Source: Octopus sinensis (taxonomy: Eukaryota). Taken from it: DNA of 64,000 nucleotides. The position numbers were made by a program, and so were the translations under genes. The notes under the pieces were generated by a model. The model had not been told where the DNA came from. It ran no database searches and saw nothing but the letters and a program-made list of their open reading frames with translations. Positions 12,227 through 23,294 of the stretch are shown piece by piece. How positions within the stretch are numbered: position 1 is the stretch's first letter; every line of letters starts with the position of its first letter. The stretch spans positions 9,796,001-9,860,000 of the forward strand of contig NC_042999.1 in the NCBI RefSeq assembly GCF_006345805.1, given 5' to 3'.

Positions 12227-12591
12227 GGTTTGTTTCGACCCTTTACAATTGGAATTTTTGAAAAGTAAAAATTTAGCATTATGTAGCTTGTTATTCCCCT
12301 TAAGTGAACATTTTTCTGGTTGAAATACACCGAAAAATGGCGACACGGCAGTCAAAAAATCGTAAAAAATAGGGATTTTCATAGAAAAAAAGCATCTTTT
12401 TGATGTAAATAAGTTTTGGTGTTAACATGGTCCGATATTAATTTTTTTTCTACGGAAGGAAGAGCAAGCCTTCTTCTATCATACTCTCAATTTTGGTCGA
12501 CTTGCGCCGCAGTGTTTCGGAGGAGATAGTGTTAGTTGAAGGCTACCAAACCTGCCATACACAGACAACTTCAGCTTTATATATAGAGAGA
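12227..12591 (-). mobile_element. Non-autonomous Helitron lacking its 3' end
   Basis: Minus-strand A|TC 5' end at 12591; highly similar to complete copy 53354-53745. Confidence 0.75.
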
Positions 12592-13526
12592 TTACTGGAA
12601 GGGAAGTGCGACGACGCTCTCGGGGGGACTCTGGGCTCCGACGAGAACGAACTGGCCAGTCTGTTCCGGAGGACTTACCGGTCGGGAACTATCATGGATA
12701 ATTTCCAGATGCCCTTCGCCAGGCGGAGCTACCGGGGGAATGGGGGCGGGCACTACCGGTTCGAGATAAACTCTACAGGCACCGATGTGCTGTCAGACGA
12801 GCTTGTCCGAGGTGCGCGAAGAGAAACGAAACCGTTCTGCACGCCCTCGTCCAGTATCCGGGGTTATGGTGAACAGTTGTTGTCACATGAGGGACGGATC
12901 CGTCTGTCGGTCGAATCTGTAGTGATGATTGCACTGCTGTCCTCCTTCAATCGGGCAGGCAAGGCGTGTTTCCTTTGTCTGGTGGCTGTGGCGAAAGAGG
13001 TTGTTTACTGGACAAGGCTGAAAAATATGAGGACAGATACATTCCTCTTTGGTAGAGCTCTCATTGATTTCTTCAAGATTCACTTGAAAAGGAAATTGAG
13101 AGTGGAGGGGTAAGTGCTGTCCTCGAGTGAGTTTATTGAAAGGTAGGTGAAAGTTGCGAAAATGGCAAGAGCGGACGGTGCCTCTCTCAGTGTAGAGCTG
13201 TGAGTCGGAGAGAAGGAATTGGGGATGGCACGTGTTCTTAGGGTTTCAGGGAAATCTCGGACAGTGGGGTTCCCCGATTATCCCTAGAGGTCATCCTGTA
13301 TCAGGAGGGCCACATCTATATCATCCTCCCGCCACTTTTTTTAAACCTTCCTATGCTATGTATATGTGTCTTCTTTTTCTTAATTTAATTAATTGCATAC
13401 TTTATTTATTTATTCATTTCCTGTTTTCGTTTATCATTTTATTATATGTAACCCCACCACCACACACACTTTATGTCTGTCTTTGTATTGTCCCCTCATC
13501 CTTCGTCCTTGTGGCAAAGAAGGAAA

Positions 13527-13528
<2 letters not shown>
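12592..13528 (+). mobile_element. Tx1/L1-clade LINE, ORF2 C-terminus plus 3' UTR
   Basis: A shifted frame encodes ALPVRDKLYRHRCAVRRACPRCAKRNETVLHALVQYP (zf-RVT-like); frameshifts and stops; ends in (ATT)n. Confidence 0.8.
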
Positions 13529-13579
<51 letters not shown>

Positions 13580-13581
<2 letters not shown>

Positions 13582-13806
13582 AGAGGCGAGCGAGCAGAAT
13601 TGTAAGCGTACGGGGCAAACTGTTTAGCGGCATTTCATCCGTTTTTTCGTTCTGAGTTCTAATTACGCGTAGGTCGACTTTGCCATTCATCCTCTCGAGA
13701 TCGATAAAATAAGTACCAGTTGAACGCTGGAGAGGGAGGGGGGATCAATGTAATAGACTTAGGCCCCCCCCACCAAATTTCAGACCTTGTACCGACAGTA
13801 GAAAAG

Positions 13807-13850
<44 letters not shown>

Positions 13851-14250
13851 AGTATCGAGCTGGTGCGTCGAACAAAATGCTTAGCGGCATTTCTCGTAGC
13901 TCTTTATGTTTTGAGTTCAAATCTTGCCTATATCTACTTTGCCCTTTCACCTTTTTAGATTTGATAAAAAATTAAATTAAATTTTAAAAATGCCTTGTAC
14001 CTACAGAAAAAAGATTATTATCATTAATAAAGACGGGGACCTGGCAGAATCGTTAATGCACCGGACGAAATGCTTACCGATATTTCGCCCATCGATACGT
14101 CCTGAGTTCAAATTCCGCTGAAGTCAGCTTTGTCTTTCATCCTTTCGGGGTCAATAAATTAAGGACCAGTTGAACACTGGCGTCGATGTAATCGTCCCAT
14201 CCCCTCCCCGCAAAATTGTTGCCCTTGCGGCAAAATTTAAAACCATTATT
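13580..14250 (+). mobile_element. Cluster of three same-orientation SINE-A copies separated by ATT repeats (tails B, degenerate, C)
   Basis: Three successive heads and Nin/Deu-like bodies starting near 13580, 13850 and 14030. Confidence 0.7.
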
Positions 14251-14258
14251 ATTATTAT

Positions 14259-14324
<66 letters not shown>

Positions 14325-14419
14325 CAGTAGTGCTGGATGTTTATAAACCAATTCTTGTCACCATTTTGAAAAAAAGAGTTACATGTACGTTTATACATTT
14401 ACATATATATATAGATGTG

Positions 14420-14465
<46 letters not shown>

Positions 14466-14489
14466 TTTCAAATCATACAAACATTTAGA

Positions 14490-15050
14490 ACGGAAGTGAT
14501 TCACATTTTACCGGAAACTAACACGCGTCATCATTGTCTGTCAGATTCTGTGTCTCACGGACCCACACACCTGTGAGTCTCACTTCATCCTTCCTTCCCG
14601 GTCCCCAAAGACAAGCGACGTTTTCCTCTCGTTTTTTATTTATTTATTTATTTGCTCCTCTTATTACTATTATTATTATTATCATTATTATTATTATTAT
14701 TATCGCTTTCCGCACGCGACGGCACGTGTAAGGAGGTCGGCTTGCAGGATCTGGCATTCACTGCGCTTAACACAGCACCAAGAGGGCGCTCGATGTCTGC
14801 CGGAAATTAAAATAAAAAATATGGAACTGAACACAACCTACAGGTTTATTTAACTGTGTCGGGGGGAGGTTCCGGTTTTATTTTTTTTAACTTCCTTTTT
14901 ATTTTATTTCGTAACTTTTTCTTTTTTTCGCTGTCTTTCAACATCCCTCACGTCTGCAATGCAAATTACCATTCAACATTTAATAGCCATGGCTAAGAGC
15001 CGCCATATAAGTCGTTTACATCGCCATCATCAGTCTGCAGCAGAATGGGA
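14490..15050. promoter_or_regulatory. Possible promoter/regulatory region
   Basis: Locally CpG-richer unique sequence; ETS-like CGGAAGTG (14491) and CCGGAAACT (14511), donor-like GTGAGT (14573), CTCF-like CACCAAGAGGGCGC (14776), YY1-like CCGCCAT (15000). Motif matches only. Confidence 0.25.
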
Positions 15051-15101
15051 CAGAGGTTATTGTTCACTGTAATACATACATACATGCATACATATATGCA
15101 C

Positions 15102-15132
<31 letters not shown>

Positions 15133-15232
15133 TACATATACATATATATATACATATATATATATTATATATATATATATTATATATATATATATGTATA
15201 TATATCTATATATATACATACATACATACATT

Positions 15233-15268
<36 letters not shown>

Positions 15269-15629
15269 GTGTTACAGATGGGGAGGCGGGCTTATATTTA
15301 AATCTGGCTAGTTTATAGCCATCTTTGTGTTTTTTTTTTTTTTTTTTGCTTGTTCATATTTTATTTTATTTTTTAGTTTTCGACAAGGGTTTTGTTTTGT
15401 TTTGGTTTTTTTTTTTTTTCTTTTTCTGTTGGGGGTAATAAACGAGTTATTGGCCATAAGAAGCATCCCTAATCACTAGTCGTGCTTCCTCTAACGGTGT
15501 CATCAGAGAGACCATTAGTGTCCGCTAACTGGTGAACGTTTGCCAGACTTCCCGTCAAGGACGACCATAATTAATGCTAAACATAAAAGATTTCTGTCCA
15601 AAGAAAGATCTCGCTTGTTTATTCAAGGA

Positions 15630-17773
15630 CTAGCAGAGCTACCCGGCGTTGCCCGTCTTACATACAATTGAAGAATTAGACTTTTCTGTTATATTTTCTC
15701 TAATGAACTGGAATATCTGTTTCGAATTTCATCAAAATTGTAGATGAGGGTTATTTCCCTCTTTACACACCCCCAAAAATTGTAATCGTGCCACATATAT
15801 CCCATACTACTGGTTTTTATGCGCATATTCCAAAATTCCAGTCATATTGAACCTTGTTAAAAAGATTTTGCTCCTGAAAAATGAAGGTCATAGAGCTCTA
15901 AAATGTGAGAGTTAAGGCCCCTGTTGGGGGTGGGCATCTTATTGTCAACCAGAGAAGTTGAATTGTTGAGAATCTTTTTTACTTGGGTCTTATATCTATT
16001 GTTTGAATTTCTTTGAAATAGGAAATATATGTTCACTGGGTTTGTAAAAGAGAGCAAAGCTACAGGAAACCAAAAGACGAATGATCACAATAAGCAGTCA
16101 GATATATATACGATTGATTTGTTTCAGTTCCTGTCTACGAAATCCATATATATTGTTGCTGGCATCCTTTTTGTCTCGGGAGACAATGGAGTTGCGCATA
16201 AAATAATCTAGTCCGGCTTTTACATTTCATGTCCTAACACATCTGCTGTGGCTGTGTAGTCCTATCCTGGACAAACACTCCCTCTGGCAGGTACCGCCAA
16301 TGTAGCGAAGACTGTTCCTGGCTGGTTGTAGTGTCATAGTTTCTTGTTGACGTCTTTTCTTGTCTTTCCATTTCTCCTCTCTCTCTCTGTCACTCCTTTG
16401 TATTCCCTCTCTTACGGTATGTCGCCAACCTCCACGGTTGCCGGCAACTGCCTCCCAACCGCTAATATTGATGTTGCAGGCCTTCATTCCCTTTTGCAAA
16501 CATCCTTGTAACATAAGATCGGTCTACCCACAGACCTAGTACCCCTAGCAAGCTCTCCATAGAGTATGTCCTTGGGGATTCTGCCATCTTTCATACGGCT
16601 AACATGCCCAAGCCATCTCATACGTCTTTGTGTGAGGAGTGCAAACGTGCTTGGTATTCCTGCTTGCTTGAGGACATCTTTGTTGCGGACATGATTCTGC
16701 CATTTGATGCGAAGGATTTTCCGGAGGCAGCGCAGGTGAAAGATATTTAGGCGACGTATGGCGTTGTACGGCGTATGTATGGTGTCCAAGTCTCACTTCC
16801 ATACAGTAGAGTGCTAAGTACACATGCCAGGTAAATCTTCATTTTTGTGGTCTTGGTCAGCTTATTGTTGTCCCAAGCCCGTTTGGAGAGTTGGGCCATC
16901 ACAGCAGCTGCCTTGCCAATGCGTATATTGAGCTCAGTATCAAGGGATAGGTTGTAGGTAACGGTAGAGCTAAGATAGGTAAAATTCTCCACCTCTTGTA
17001 GTCTGTGGTCTCCAATATGTATGTTTGGGATGTCCGATGTAGCCTGACCCATGATGTTGGTCTTCTTGAGGCTGATAACTAAGCCAAAGTCACTACATGC
17101 TTGGTCAAAACAGTTGATGAGCCTTTGTAGAGCTTCTTCTGTGTGTGATACCAGAGCGGCATCATTAGCAAATAGTACCTCCTTGATCAGGACGCTTCTG
17201 ATTTTGGTCTTGACACGCTGACGCGAGAGATTGAAAAGTTTCTCATCACTTCTACTGTGCAGAAACACTCCATCATCTGATGTCACAAAGGGATGTGACA
17301 GCAGCAGCGAGAAGATGCCAAATAATGTAGGAGTAAGGACACAACGTTGTTTTACTTCATTTTTTATTTGGAAGGCGGCTGATGTTGAACCATTGTGCTG
17401 TATGGTGCCTTGCATATCATCATGGAAAAATGTGATGATCCTCAGCAGCTTTGGGGACATCCGATTTTTGGAGCAGGATGAAGAGGCCTTTTCTACTTAC
17501 CAAGTCGAAGGCCTTTGTCAGATCAATGAAGGCCATATATAATGGCATTTTCTGCTCTCAGTGAGCCCAGGTCGCCATAGCGCTCACTGTGGTCTCGTAG
17601 CCTTGGACAGTGAGCGCTATGGCGCCCAGAGCGTTGCCCATGACACTCCGTGGACCCTAAGTAAGGCATGTGTAAAATTTGAATGAAATTGGTTGTGTAG
17701 TTCTCAAGTTTTAGGGAAACACACAGACAGACACACACACACACACACATTCTCAGTTTTATATAGAGAGAGA
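15630..17773 (-). mobile_element. Non-autonomous Helitron termini surrounding an RTE LINE
   Basis: A|TC 5' end at 17773 (TCTCTCTCTATATAAAACTGAG) and hairpin-like CGGGCAACGCCGGG before CTAG|T 3' end at 15630; that both ends belong to one element is inferred. Confidence 0.55.
16160..17560 (-). mobile_element. RTE-clade LINE, 5'-truncated reverse transcriptase remnant
   Basis: PLYMAFIDLTKAFDLVSR, VKQRCVLTPTLF, FANDAAL (FADD with D>N), LLYGSETW, RRMRWLGHVSRM, C-terminal CLSRIGLHSH; RTE-like 3' end ..GAGACAAAAAGGATGCC; several frameshifts. Confidence 0.92.
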
Positions 17774-18706
17774 TTATTGATAATCATCGTTGATTCATAC
17801 GACTTGCTCCACCTTTAATTCTTTCAACTTTTAATTCTTTGAAATCGATATTGTTATACACACACACATCCATATGTACTCACACATACATACGTACTCA
17901 AACACATACATACACACTCACACATGAATGGCTGTGTATGAGTGTACGGGTAGTTATACGGGTGTCTGCATGAGTTTTGCATGGATGTTTGAATGCGTAT
18001 TTAGAGTCGTTTACATCAAAGGACAACCATGCAAATACGATAAATAGTTTCCGACCGTAGCAAATACTCGGGAATACAACTCGTGGAATTATATCCAACG
18101 TCTACAGAATAATACCATTTCCACCATACACTCTGTCACAAATCTAACCGGAACTTGCATTACACACAAGTGCGCGTACACACATGTATACGCAATTCCA
18201 CAACCGCCAGTTCTTCAATCTTTTTGAATACCCAAGGAACTTATCACGAGAGGAACTGACACAAGCTTCCTTCCTTAAAAGATTTCACCAGCATAAAAGA
18301 TACACAATTAGGTTGACAGATACACGACTCGTACCACAAATTTGGGCCACTAAATATATCTCCGTCATTGTACATTTCTATACTACCAAAATGTAATCTT
18401 TTTGAACTTATAATTTTCTGTGTATATATATACAGATACAATACCAATATTCCTCTGAACTTTTTAATAATTCTTTCTGTAAACTGTTTTTAACATTCTC
18501 TTATTATTATCAAAGAATGTATATATGTATTGTAATCTTTTGTACCCAACATTTTAATGAACTTGTCAAATTTTTTTATATTTTCCCAAGATTTTTCCTG
18601 GTAAACTGTTTTAACATGTTCTTATTATTATGAAAGAATGTATATATATGTATTGTAATATTTTGTGACAACCAGTACCTAACACAACAAAGCTTTTACA
18701 TGTTAC

Positions 18707-19116
18707 GGATCTTTTCGTTTGACCGGCAGTTTTTTAAAATAATTTCCAAGTAACTAAACACTTTTGAACTTCGTATACTGGTAGAATGTGTTTATAAAAC
18801 ATTCTTTCTCTTGGCTTTATTGAGAAAATTCTATAGTTTGTAAAATATTTGTTGTTGTTTTTCTTCAATTTCTGCAATTTCAGCCAATCAATGACGTCTA
18901 TTGAGGTGAAAACATTCTGTGCCGTATGAATATGTCCCTCGTTTAAGAAACAGATTGGGTTTATTTACATTTCTGAGGAAAAAAAGATACCCTTCCCCCC
19001 ACCCTACCCTAACCTTAAAACAGATTGTGCAATACATCGATACTAGGGTCATAATTATGGATGACAGTTTCATATGACACCGGTAGAAAAAACTGCCGTT
19101 CAAACCGAAAAGATCC
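18707..19116. mobile_element. MITE with ~30-bp TIRs and 8-bp TSD
   Basis: TIR GGATCTTTTCG(G)TTTGA(C/A)CGGCAGTTTTTT; CATGTTAC at 18699-18706 and 19117-19124. Confidence 0.85.
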
Positions 19117-19252
19117 CATGTTACTTTTGACAATCTTTTTCTAAAAAAGTGAAACCGGTCAAGTAAATAAACATCTTTTAAAATTGCATTTTCAAACCTT
19201 TCATAAATAATTCCACTCGTGCGGTACCTTACAACTCCACTTTGTTACATAT

Positions 19253-19290
<38 letters not shown>

Positions 19291-19316
19291 GATATATATA
19301 TATATTATATATATAT

Positions 19317-19651
19317 ACGTTATATAATTAGGGTTCAGTAAAATAATTTACTTTACCACACACCGAACTTTTAGAAATAGCAGCCAATAACTTTTAGCTA
19401 TTTCCTCTACTATAAGAAAAGTCTCCCAGACAATGTATGCTCAAAATTAATTCGCGTAGGTATAGAGGGAAAAATAACGAAAGATCACACGTATTTTTCC
19501 CTCTATGCCTACGTGAATTGCTCTTGAGTATACATTGTCTGGGAGACTTTTCTTATAGTAGAGGAAATAGCTAAAAGTTTTTGGCTGCTATTTCTAAAAG
19601 TTCGGTGTGTGGTAAAGTAAATTATTTTACTGAACCCTAATTATATAACGT
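19317..19651. mobile_element. Foldback/MITE-like element, ~160-bp near-perfect arms
   Basis: ACGTTATATAATTAGGGTTCAG... pairs with ...CTGAACCCTAATTATATAACGT; ~15-nt loop. Confidence 0.8.
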
Positions 19652-19769
19652 AATATTTTAAATATACCGTAAATGGTCTTTTTACATACTGAACACTACT
19701 TGGTAAAATTATTAATTTAATTAATTAAGTTTACCCTTTTATTATTGACTATATATATATACATAGTTG

Positions 19770-20170
19770 AAATTTAAATAAAAACAAAAGACGAAGACAG
19801 GTGTATGAACAGCAAGCAAGTGTATTAGTTAGACGCTCGGGAAAAATGTAAAAGTCTTTTACGTTTCGAACCTACGTTCTTCAGCAGAAAGGAATAAGAG
19901 AAAATAAACAGAAAGAGAGAATGAAAAAAAAACAAAACTTGTAGATTTCTGCGGTCCAACATGGCGAATGTAGATAGATCTAGGTCAGCCCATTGATCTA
20001 GACGGAACAGCAGTGTGGCTTTATAGAATCGGGAAGGATTCGCTGCTATCGTGGTTTTTGTTCATTCCAAGACAGTGAGTCACCGATCGTTCATGTAACA
20101 CAAGAATACTTTATACTACGTCACCAATCGACCTCCGGAAACAGCCTTACCTCGTAGCTGCGCTGAAGTC
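19770..20170 (-). mobile_element. Penelope-like terminal-repeat fragment
   Basis: Similar to 9640 and 61660 copies; contains hammerhead motif. Confidence 0.5.
19856..19891 (-). ncRNA. Minimal hammerhead motif, variant core CUGCUGA
   Basis: Minus strand CTTT-CTGCTGA-A-GAAC gtag GTTC-GAAA-CG-TA-AAAG. Confidence 0.55.
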
Positions 20171-20339
20171 TCTTCACTATGAACCAAGCGGGAATAAAAT
20201 TGTTTTCTGCGGGATTTTAAGCAAAGCAGAATTGCTGACGCAAGTTAACGTCACTTCAGATATCTTTATAGAATAACTCCATCCATACCTAAAAGTAGTA
20301 ATACATAAGATTTTGTATTTACTTACAACAGTCGTAGTT

Positions 20340-20850
20340 AGGCGTTGGCGTGGCTGTGTGGGGAGAAACTTGCTTCGCAACCACATGGTTCCAGGTTCAA
20401 TCCCACTGCGTGGAACCTTGGGCAAGTGTCTTCTACTATAGCCTCGGGTCGACCAAAGCGTTGTGAGTGGATTTGGTAGAGGGAAACTGAAAGAATCCCG
20501 TCGTACATATATATATGACGAGATGGTGAAGATGCCGACGACCGCTTTGTTCAAAGCCTCCCTTGACCTCAAGTGGCCTGAACTCTTTACATGAACACCA
20601 CCCTGTACTTAACTCCATGTCCCCCTACATGGCCTTGCTATTTGCTTTTGAGCCAAATTAACTAACTAACTAACATATATATGTGTGTGTGTTTCTGTGT
20701 TTGTCCCTCCACCATCGCTTGACAACCGATGTTGGTGTGTTTACGTCTCCGTAATTTAACGGTTCGACAGAATAAGTACTAGGCTTACAAAGAATAAGTC
20801 CTAGGCTCCAGCATGGCCGCAGTCGAACGACTGAACAAGTAAAAAAATAA
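20340..20850 (+). mobile_element. SINE family B with LINE fragment inserted in its TA core
   Basis: Family B head at ~20340 and tail at ~20810-20850. Confidence 0.8.
20517..20673 (+). mobile_element. CR1/L2-like LINE extreme 3' end
   Basis: Encodes DEMVKMPTTALFKASLDLKWPELF*, then short UTR ending (CTAA)n. Confidence 0.55.
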
Positions 20851-21119
20851 AAGACTTTTCAATACCTCAACATTTTCTTAAAGGAAAGAAAATGATGGAG
20901 GATTGAAACACATCTACAATTGTAGGAGGTCGATGTGTATGTGTGCGTGTGTGTGTATATATGTGTATTTGTATTTTTCAAGGCGGTGCTGCAGCATGGC
21001 CGTGGTCTAATGACTGAAACAAGTAAACGATAAAAGAATATTCCCATGTCTACATCTATCTGTTCGCTGACACCGCTTGGCAAAAAATACGGTGCCTTTG
21101 TTTATGTTCCATACCACAA

Positions 21120-21283
21120 GTGTTTCGACAAATAGATATCGATAAAATAAATATTAGGCTAAAATGTAAGTGCTGGGCTGGATATGAGTCACTAAAACCT
21201 TGTGTTTCGACAAATAGATATCGATAAAATAAATATTAGGCTAAAATGTAAATGCTGGGCTGGATATGAGTCACTAAAACCTT
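21120..21283. repeat. Two-copy 82-bp tandem duplication
   Basis: 21120-21201 and 21202-21283 differ at one position. Confidence 0.9.
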
Positions 21284-21535
21284 TCAAGATCTCCCCCCCA
21301 CCCAGGGTCTCAGACCAATGACCGCAACAAGTGAAAGACTAGACGGGGCTTGGTAGACTAAACTGGTGATTGTTTAGTAACGCTGGTAGAAGGATACGAA
21401 CTGCTGCCTCTCAGTCGGGTCGACCCAGGGTTTCGGAAATACAGAGACATTGAAGTTAATTGATGACGTAATTTCTACTCAACCAGCTTCACGGTCCAAC
21501 TTTCTAAAAAATCACTTAATTCCTCCTCCTCCTCC

Positions 21536-21589
<54 letters not shown>

Positions 21590-21889
21590 CCCTCTCTCTA
21601 TAAAAATCATGTGACCCAGGTCGTTCCACTCCAAATACTTTTTCGAGTGCTTTGTTACCAACGAACCCGATAACTCACAGCTAATTAGAAATTAATGGAT
21701 TATTAATTAAGTGATTTATTAATCACAATTAGTAATTTGTGACAACTGCATTGTCTGAGTCCTACTTGTCTCTCTGTGTGCGTGTGTGCATGTGTGTGTG
21801 TGTACGTGTGTGCATGTGTGCGTGTGTGTGTGTGTGTGTCAAATTGGTGCCTCCCTTTCACAAAACAATGGAACTGTCCGATGACTTAT

Positions 21890-22120
21890 CTTTTATCTTT
21901 TCCTTGTTTCAGTCATTAGGCTGCGACCATGCTGGGGCACCGCCTTTCAAGAATTTTGTAGCCGAATGAATTGACACCAGTACATACTTTCTTCCTTAAG
22001 CCTAGTACTTATTCTAACGGTATCTTTTGCCGAACAGCTAGGCTACGGGGACGTAAACACAGCAACACCGGTTGTCAAGCAGTGGAGAGGACAAACACAG
22101 ATACAAAAGCACACTCAAAT
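21890..22120 (-). mobile_element. SINE family B, 3' half
   Basis: Reverse complement of family B body and tail. Confidence 0.75.
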
Positions 22121-22253
22121 GCGCGCACACACAAACACACACGTGTTCCAGCATGGCCGCAGTCAAATGACTGAAGCAAGTAAAATAGTATATATATATA
22201 CATATGTATATATATTCATACATACATGCATACATACATATATATATATATAC

Positions 22254-22282
<29 letters not shown>

Positions 22283-22284
<2 letters not shown>

Positions 22285-22836
22285 TGGTGGCTGCCCCCTC
22301 GTTATCGAGTATGGCCATTGCACGAAGCTTAATCAATGTTGTTATCGTGCAATGCCTGTGCAAGATTTTTTTTTAAAGTGAGGAAGGCTGTGCACTGAGT
22401 CAATCCCACTCACTAAGCAATAGCAGCCATAATCCGAAAGAAGAACAAGTCAACATCATCGGTAACCACTGAGCCGCAGGTTTTATGTCGGAGTTATCCC
22501 AGTTACCTGAGTTACCTTCTCCTAGAAGGATGCCCTAACAAAGGCTAGGAGTCCTTCACTCCCAATGTTTTAAACCGCGCGATCGGGTATTCATCCGATT
22601 ATTTCTATGTCCCCTCGCATGATACAGCCTTAAGACATTTATTGGATGGCCGTTGGCTCTCAAGAGTTCCCCCACCCTTTGACGGGTTTTGTTTTTCATC
22701 CCGCAGGGTGTCCAATAAACACCCTCCTCACTAAGCAAGCTTGGTGGGGTTGCCGGTTTAGTCGCCGACGATCCGACAATGCAACAGGTTGTACTGAGTT
22801 ACATGTTACTAGTAGCACTCGAAAGGGACCTAACAT
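22283..22836 (-). mobile_element. Non-autonomous RTE-derived retroelement
   Basis: No coding capacity; RTE 5'-UTR-like CCTTCTAGGAGAAGGTAACTC..AAAACCTGC; 3' end GCAGCCACCATA resembles RTE 3' end at 33960 (ACAACCACCATA); sits in (TA)n. Confidence 0.55.
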
Positions 22837-22902
22837 GTTATATATATATATATATATATATAAATATAGATATATATATATATACATACATACAACACAC
22901 AC

Positions 22903-22940
<38 letters not shown>

Positions 22941-22999
22941 CATATACATATAATTAAAATAAGCAACAAGGATATCCGGAAGTATATATTTAGATATAC

Positions 23000-23135
23000 A
23001 TATGGGCTTCATTCAGTTTCCGTCTACCAAATCCAGTCACAAGGCATTGGACGGCCCACTATATCAGAAAATACTTAGGCTATAGGAGAAAATACCAGCC
23101 GAAGGTGCCACACAGTGGGACTGAACCCAGAACCT
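23000..23135 (-). mobile_element. SINE family B fragment
   Basis: Partial head and body. Confidence 0.7.
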
Positions 23136-23254
23136 ACGTTCCGGCAGATTCGATATTGAATATTCCAGTCGCTGGTGTATTTCGTATTTGGAAAACGGTT
23201 TTTTACGCCCTCTATGGCGAAAATAAAACACTCGATTAGTAAAAGAGATTCTGC

Positions 23255-23294
23255 AACAACCGATGTTTCGATCTTGTTGAGTCTCGTCAGGTAG
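23255..23294 (-). ncRNA. Degenerate hammerhead motif
   Basis: Minus strand CTAC-CTGACGA-GACTCAACAAGATC-GAAA-CATCG-GTTG; canonical core, damaged stems. Confidence 0.4.

Noticed and set aside
18480-18659. Imperfect ~57-bp direct duplication
   Set aside because: AT-rich old local duplication with no further structure
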